Positions 15,686-18,909 of a stretch of 18,909 bases of DNA are shown here, in pieces (positions within the stretch are counted from its first letter, which is position 1; the number at the start of each line of letters is the position of its first letter). A program made the translations under genes and the position numbers. Below the pieces are notes generated by a model. That model worked only from the letters and a program-made list of their open reading frames with translations. It made no database searches and was not told the DNA's origin. The DNA lies in assembly GCA_038279365.1 (NCBI GenBank), contig JAYODI010000099.1:1-18909 (forward strand), in the 5' to 3' direction. The stretch comes from Candidatus Latescibacterota bacterium. GTDB lineage: Bacteria; Latescibacterota; UBA2968.

Positions 15686-16576
15686 TTATTGTAAACCTAA
15701 GACGCGCCCATAAACTTGGGTGGCGCGCATTTTCAGGGACGTGTTGCGATCTTTCATGGCAACTTCAAGATAGGGCAAACCTGCACGGTCTCTGACCAGC
15801 CCCAATGATTTGATGATTTCAAGTTTGACGCTGAGGTCTTTTTCTGTGGTATATGCCCCACCCAAATAACGAGCGACATCGCGTTCTTTTTTACCAATTT
15901 CACCCAATGCATCTGCGGCGGCTTTGCGAATGGTGATGTCTTTGTCTTGGTTGGGACCTGTGAGTGCATCTGCCAAAGGATTGACGCTAAATTGCGTGCC
16001 AATTTTGCGCAACATTCTTACCGCTTCGAGGCGCACGCCCACCACTTTGTCTTTTGGGCGGCCATTTTGGGCATCGCCATTGAGTGCCAGGGCGATGTAA
16101 GGTACGGCAAATACGGTTCCTGCCCACCGAAGGGATTCGACAACGCGCATGCGCACGGTTTGATCAGGATCTGCAACGCCCACACCTAAAACTTCGAGGG
16201 CTTGCCGACCGGCCACTTCGCCCAACCCAATTGCAGCTTCAATACGTACGGCGGCCACTTTTTCGGTGCTGTCGTCCATGGCACGAATGGTTAAGAGGGC
16301 TGCCATGGGCCCACCAGCCAAGGACAAACCTTGAACGGCCTTGATTCGCACTGCGGGGTTGGGGTCAAAAAGTTGCAAATGAAGGGGTTGTAATTCGATG
16401 GGAACACCACCTGGTGTGGATACGACTTGGTTGTATTTTGCCCAAGTAGATGCGATGAGCTCATCGAGTGATTGTGCCTGTATGGGGTGTATACACAGAA
16501 GTAACAGCGCTGTACTGTGCAGTAAGCGGAATAAAAACGGTATGTAATTTTTTTTGTGTTTTGAAGACATGATCAT
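15686..16576 (-). CDS. HEAT/PBS-lyase-like repeat protein with predicted signal peptide
   Basis: Repeated D...VR..A...LG units (DPNPAVRIKAVQGL, VRIEAAIGLGE, DPDQTVRMRVVESL, DKDITIRKAAADALGEIG). N-terminal basic/hydrophobic segment ending IQA-Q. Confidence 0.8.
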   Translation of the reverse strand: MIMSSKHKKNYIPFLFRLLHSTALLLLCIHPIQAQSLDELIASTWAKYNQVVSTPGGVPIELQPLHLQLFDPNPAVRIKAVQGLSLAGGPMAALLTIRAMDDSTEKVAAVRIEAAIGLGEVAGRQALEVLGVGVADPDQTVRMRVVESLRWAGTVFAVPYIALALNGDAQNGRPKDKVVGVRLEAVRMLRKIGTQFSVNPLADALTGPNQDKDITIRKAAADALGEIGKKERDVARYLGGAYTTEKDLSVKLEIIKSLGLVRDRAGLPYLEVAMKDRNTSLKMRATQVYGRVLGLQ

Positions 16577-16585
16577 GGTTTGTGT

Positions 16586-17299
16586 TTACGTTTGTGAAAT
16601 GACAATGCGTGCAACACCTTTGACATTGGCACAGCGGTCATTGTGTTCTGGGATGAGCAGACGCAATGGTCCGCCAAAACTTACGGGTAAGGGTTGTGCA
16701 TCTAATGCATAAATAAAGAGGCCTCTTTCTCGTACCAAAGACAGTGCAACGGATGAAGAAAACCGATCGTCATCGGCGTAGAAGGTTGCTTGGGCATGGG
16801 GAAGATCGGGAAGCAGAGCGCGTGCCCAAATGCCTTCTCCTTTGCGGTCGGGGATGATGGTGCTGATATCGGGAATTTGGTCTGATTGTATTTTAAAATC
16901 GTCAAAGTAAAGGGTTTTGATATCTTCCAAACCCTCTATGGTCAATATCGGCGTATTTTGTGTTCCCTTCAGTGCTGTTGATATGCGATCTTGCACCATT
17001 TCGATGAGGCGCGGGTCACAGCCCAAGGCATTGGCAAGGTGGATGCCCAGTTTGGGGTGTTGTTTTTGGACGACTTGAAGGCGCTTTTGTAGGTCTTTGA
17101 GTTGGTTGTCGGATAAGCCAATGGTGCAGGGAAAGACGATAATGTGTTCCAAATCGATGCAGGTGTGCAGGTGTTTTTCTATGTTTTGAAAATCACTTGC
17201 AATAACCCGCTGTGCCACTTGGTTTTCTTGCAATGTGTCGATAAATTGGTGCGATAAGGTTTCGCGGTTGTCGCTACAAACGATCAGTGCTGTTTTCAT
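16586..17299 (-). CDS. Fusion of a degenerate CbiX/SirB-like domain and a molybdopterin-oxidoreductase-like domain
   Basis: N-half MKTALIV...IIVFP...QHPKLGIHLANALGCDPRLIEMVQDRI resembles the CbiX/SirB fold. C-half YALDAQPLPVSFGGPLRLLIP...CANVKGVARI resembles Oxidored_molyb. Confidence 0.6.
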   Translation of the reverse strand: MKTALIVCSDNRETLSHQFIDTLQENQVAQRVIASDFQNIEKHLHTCIDLEHIIVFPCTIGLSDNQLKDLQKRLQVVQKQHPKLGIHLANALGCDPRLIEMVQDRISTALKGTQNTPILTIEGLEDIKTLYFDDFKIQSDQIPDISTIIPDRKGEGIWARALLPDLPHAQATFYADDDRFSSSVALSLVRERGLFIYALDAQPLPVSFGGPLRLLIPEHNDRCANVKGVARIVISQT

Positions 17300-17329
17300 A
17301 TTTAACAACATTCTTTCAGAAAGGGAAAT

Positions 17330-17467
17330 ATGCCACCCTTTGAATCTTTGCCGTTTTGGTATCAAACGATGTTGATCGTGTTTTCTGTGATCACGTTGGT
17401 GGTGGGCGGCTCTGTGTTTTGGCGTATGTTAAAGTCGGTTTTTGGTAAGGATAATGATAAGCAATAG
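17330..17467 (+). CDS. Putative 45-aa single-pass membrane protein (not in ORF track)
   Basis: GAAAGGGA RBS then MPPFESLPFWYQTMLIVFSVITLVVGGSVFWRMLKSVFGKDNDKQ*: one TM helix followed by basic residues. Confidence 0.6.
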   Translation: MPPFESLPFWYQTMLIVFSVITLVVGGSVFWRMLKSVFGKDNDKQ

Positions 17468-17548
17468 TCACTGGTCTACAGGTCGCAGGTTACAAGTCTG
17501 GATCTTTGTTTTTGGACCTGCGACTTGCAGACCTGTGACATGAGACAG
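17464..17548. repeat. Inverted pair of GACYTG heptamer arrays forming an imperfect hairpin between convergent genes
   Basis: Left arm ATAGTCACTGGTCTACAGGTCGCAGGTTACAAGTC (17464-17498); right arm GACCTGC GACTTGC A GACCTGT GACATGA GACAG (17515-17548). Confidence 0.75.
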
Positions 17549-17551
17549 TTT

Positions 17552-17806
17552 TTATTTGAGTTCATCTCGCATATAATCGATGGCCATGAGTTCAAGTGCG
17601 TTCATAAGATACACATCACGTACTTCGCCTTCGAGTACGTCTGCCATTTGTTGGGCCAGTTTGGGTATTTCGGCTTCGACTTCGATGCGGGCTTGGTGAA
17701 AGTCATTGATGTTGCCATGTTTTTGTCGGTAGCTGTTGAGGGCGGCTCGAAAGATGGCCATAGCCAGTTTACGTGGGTCGCCATCTAAGGTGATGTCATT
17801 TGCCAT
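17552..17806 (-). CDS. Hypothetical 84-aa helical protein
   Basis: GGAG RBS, ATG 13 nt after the thyA stop, protein-like composition; no recognised family. Confidence 0.7.
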   Translation of the reverse strand: MANDITLDGDPRKLAMAIFRAALNSYRQKHGNINDFHQARIEVEAEIPKLAQQMADVLEGEVRDVYLMNALELMAIDYMRDELK

Positions 17807-17819
17807 TGGGATGCTCCAT

Positions 17820-18659
17820 TTAGACAGCCATCATGGCTTTGATGGTGGGGTGGTGTTGGTAATTGATGAGTTCAAAGTCATCCATTTCAAAATCTTCTAT
17901 GGATGATTGCCCGCGGTCTTTGATGTGTAGGTGGGGCAACGGGTAGGGTTTGCGAGAAAGTTGCTCTTTAACCGCGTCGAGATGGTTGAGATAGATGTGG
18001 GCATCGCCAAGCACATGGATGAATTCGTGTGGCACAAGGTTGGTGATTTTGGCGACCATGTGGAGCAAGACAGAATAGGATGCAATGTTGAGTGGTACAC
18101 CTAAGAACATGTCGCAGGAACGTTGATACATTTGTAGGGAGAGTTTGTTTTCTGCGACATGGAATTGAAAGAAGTTGTGGCACGGGGGAAGAGCAACCAC
18201 ATCGAGGTCAATTTCGGCGGCATTCCAAGCGTTGACGAGGATGCGACGCGATTCGGGGTTGTGTTTGATGAGGTCGATGGCATCTTGGAGTTGGTCAACA
18301 ACTTTGCCATTGGCTCCTTGCCATTTACGCCATTGCACGCCATAAATGCGCCCCATGCTGCCGTCGTTTTCTTCAAGCCCTAAACGATCTAAGTAGTCTT
18401 GGTAGTTGCCATCCCAGAGGCGGTTGCTTTTGAGCAAGGCTTTGAGGTCGTTGATGTTGTCGGAGCCTGAGGCAAACCAAAGCAGTTCTGAGAGCATCGA
18501 TTTCCAAACCAAGCGTTTGGTGGTAACGGCGGGGAAACCGTCGGCCAGGTTGTAACGCGCTTGTAGACCAAAACATGAGAGGGTGCCGACACCGGTGCGG
18601 TCCCCTTTTTTTGTGCCGTGGTCGAGAACATATTGAAGTTGATCAAGGTAGGTTTGCAT
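17820..18659 (-). CDS. thyA: Thymidylate synthase
   Basis: GDRTGVGT, FPAVTTK, ELLWF, GRIYGVQWR, SRRILVNAWN, ALPPCH, YQRSCDMFLGVPLNIASY, GDAHIYLNH. Confidence 0.98.
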   Translation of the reverse strand: MQTYLDQLQYVLDHGTKKGDRTGVGTLSCFGLQARYNLADGFPAVTTKRLVWKSMLSELLWFASGSDNINDLKALLKSNRLWDGNYQDYLDRLGLEENDGSMGRIYGVQWRKWQGANGKVVDQLQDAIDLIKHNPESRRILVNAWNAAEIDLDVVALPPCHNFFQFHVAENKLSLQMYQRSCDMFLGVPLNIASYSVLLHMVAKITNLVPHEFIHVLGDAHIYLNHLDAVKEQLSRKPYPLPHLHIKDRGQSSIEDFEMDDFELINYQHHPTIKAMMAV

Positions 18660-18740
18660 GGAAATTCCTGATTTAAAAATGTTGCGATAACGCGCAGTGT
18701 GTGATAGGGGGGTGGAGGAGCTCTATGGGGAGGAGGAACT

Positions 18741-18780
18741 GCGAATCAGCGGATCAGCGGATCAGCGGATCAGCGGATCA
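18741..18780. repeat. 5 x octamer GCGRATCA
   Basis: GCGAATCA followed by 4 x GCGGATCA. Confidence 0.95.
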
Positions 18781-18787
18781 AAACCCG

Positions 18788-18821
18788 TTCGTCTATTCGT
18801 CTATTCGCCTATTCGTCTATT
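18788..18821. repeat. 4 x octamer TTCGYCTA (resumes at 18897 to window end)
   Basis: TTCGTCTA TTCGTCTA TTCGCCTA TTCGTCTA TT; TTCGTCTATTCGT again at 18897-18909. Confidence 0.93.
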
Positions 18822-18909
18822 ACTCGCTACGCTCGTGAACAGCAGGGCATCTACGGTGCGTTCTCTTCGAGAACTTGCGCTGCGCGCACCTGCAGGTTCG
18901 TCTATTCGT

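Overview
Bacterial chromosomal window (roughly mid-40s % GC by eye, AT-richer over the first ~2.2 kb) with no rRNA, tRNA, CRISPR or transposase. In order: the 3' part of a PAS/PAC sensor histidine kinase and a REC-histidine kinase hybrid; a convergent NAD-dependent sugar epimerase; two tandem small membrane ORFs that each carry CxxC and end in GRSPP, leading into a His-rich outer-membrane protein plus ZnuA/ZnuB-like metal ABC genes with no ATPase; a chlorite dismutase/coproheme decarboxylase-family gene; an orphan AAA/ABC-type ATPase; a ZMP/ZTP riboswitch ahead of a transformylase-only PurH; a Cys-rich MerR regulator with three palindromic operators followed by a sigma-70 factor; an amidohydrolase and a TauD dioxygenase; then, on the minus strand, a PhyH dioxygenase, a HEAT-repeat protein, a degenerate CbiX/molybdopterin-oxidoreductase-like fusion, a small hypothetical and thyA. 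Intergenic regions hold arrays of 7- and 8-nt tandem repeats. The best candidate for a new system is the pair of CxxC/RSPP leader ORFs (DUF2946/CruR-like arrest-peptide pattern), each behind its own sigma70-like promoter 400 nt apart. The 3' end of the second ORF can base-pair over the Shine-Dalgarno and start codons of the metal-uptake operon, suggesting ribosome-stalling-coupled translational control. All family assignments come from motif recognition, not database searches.
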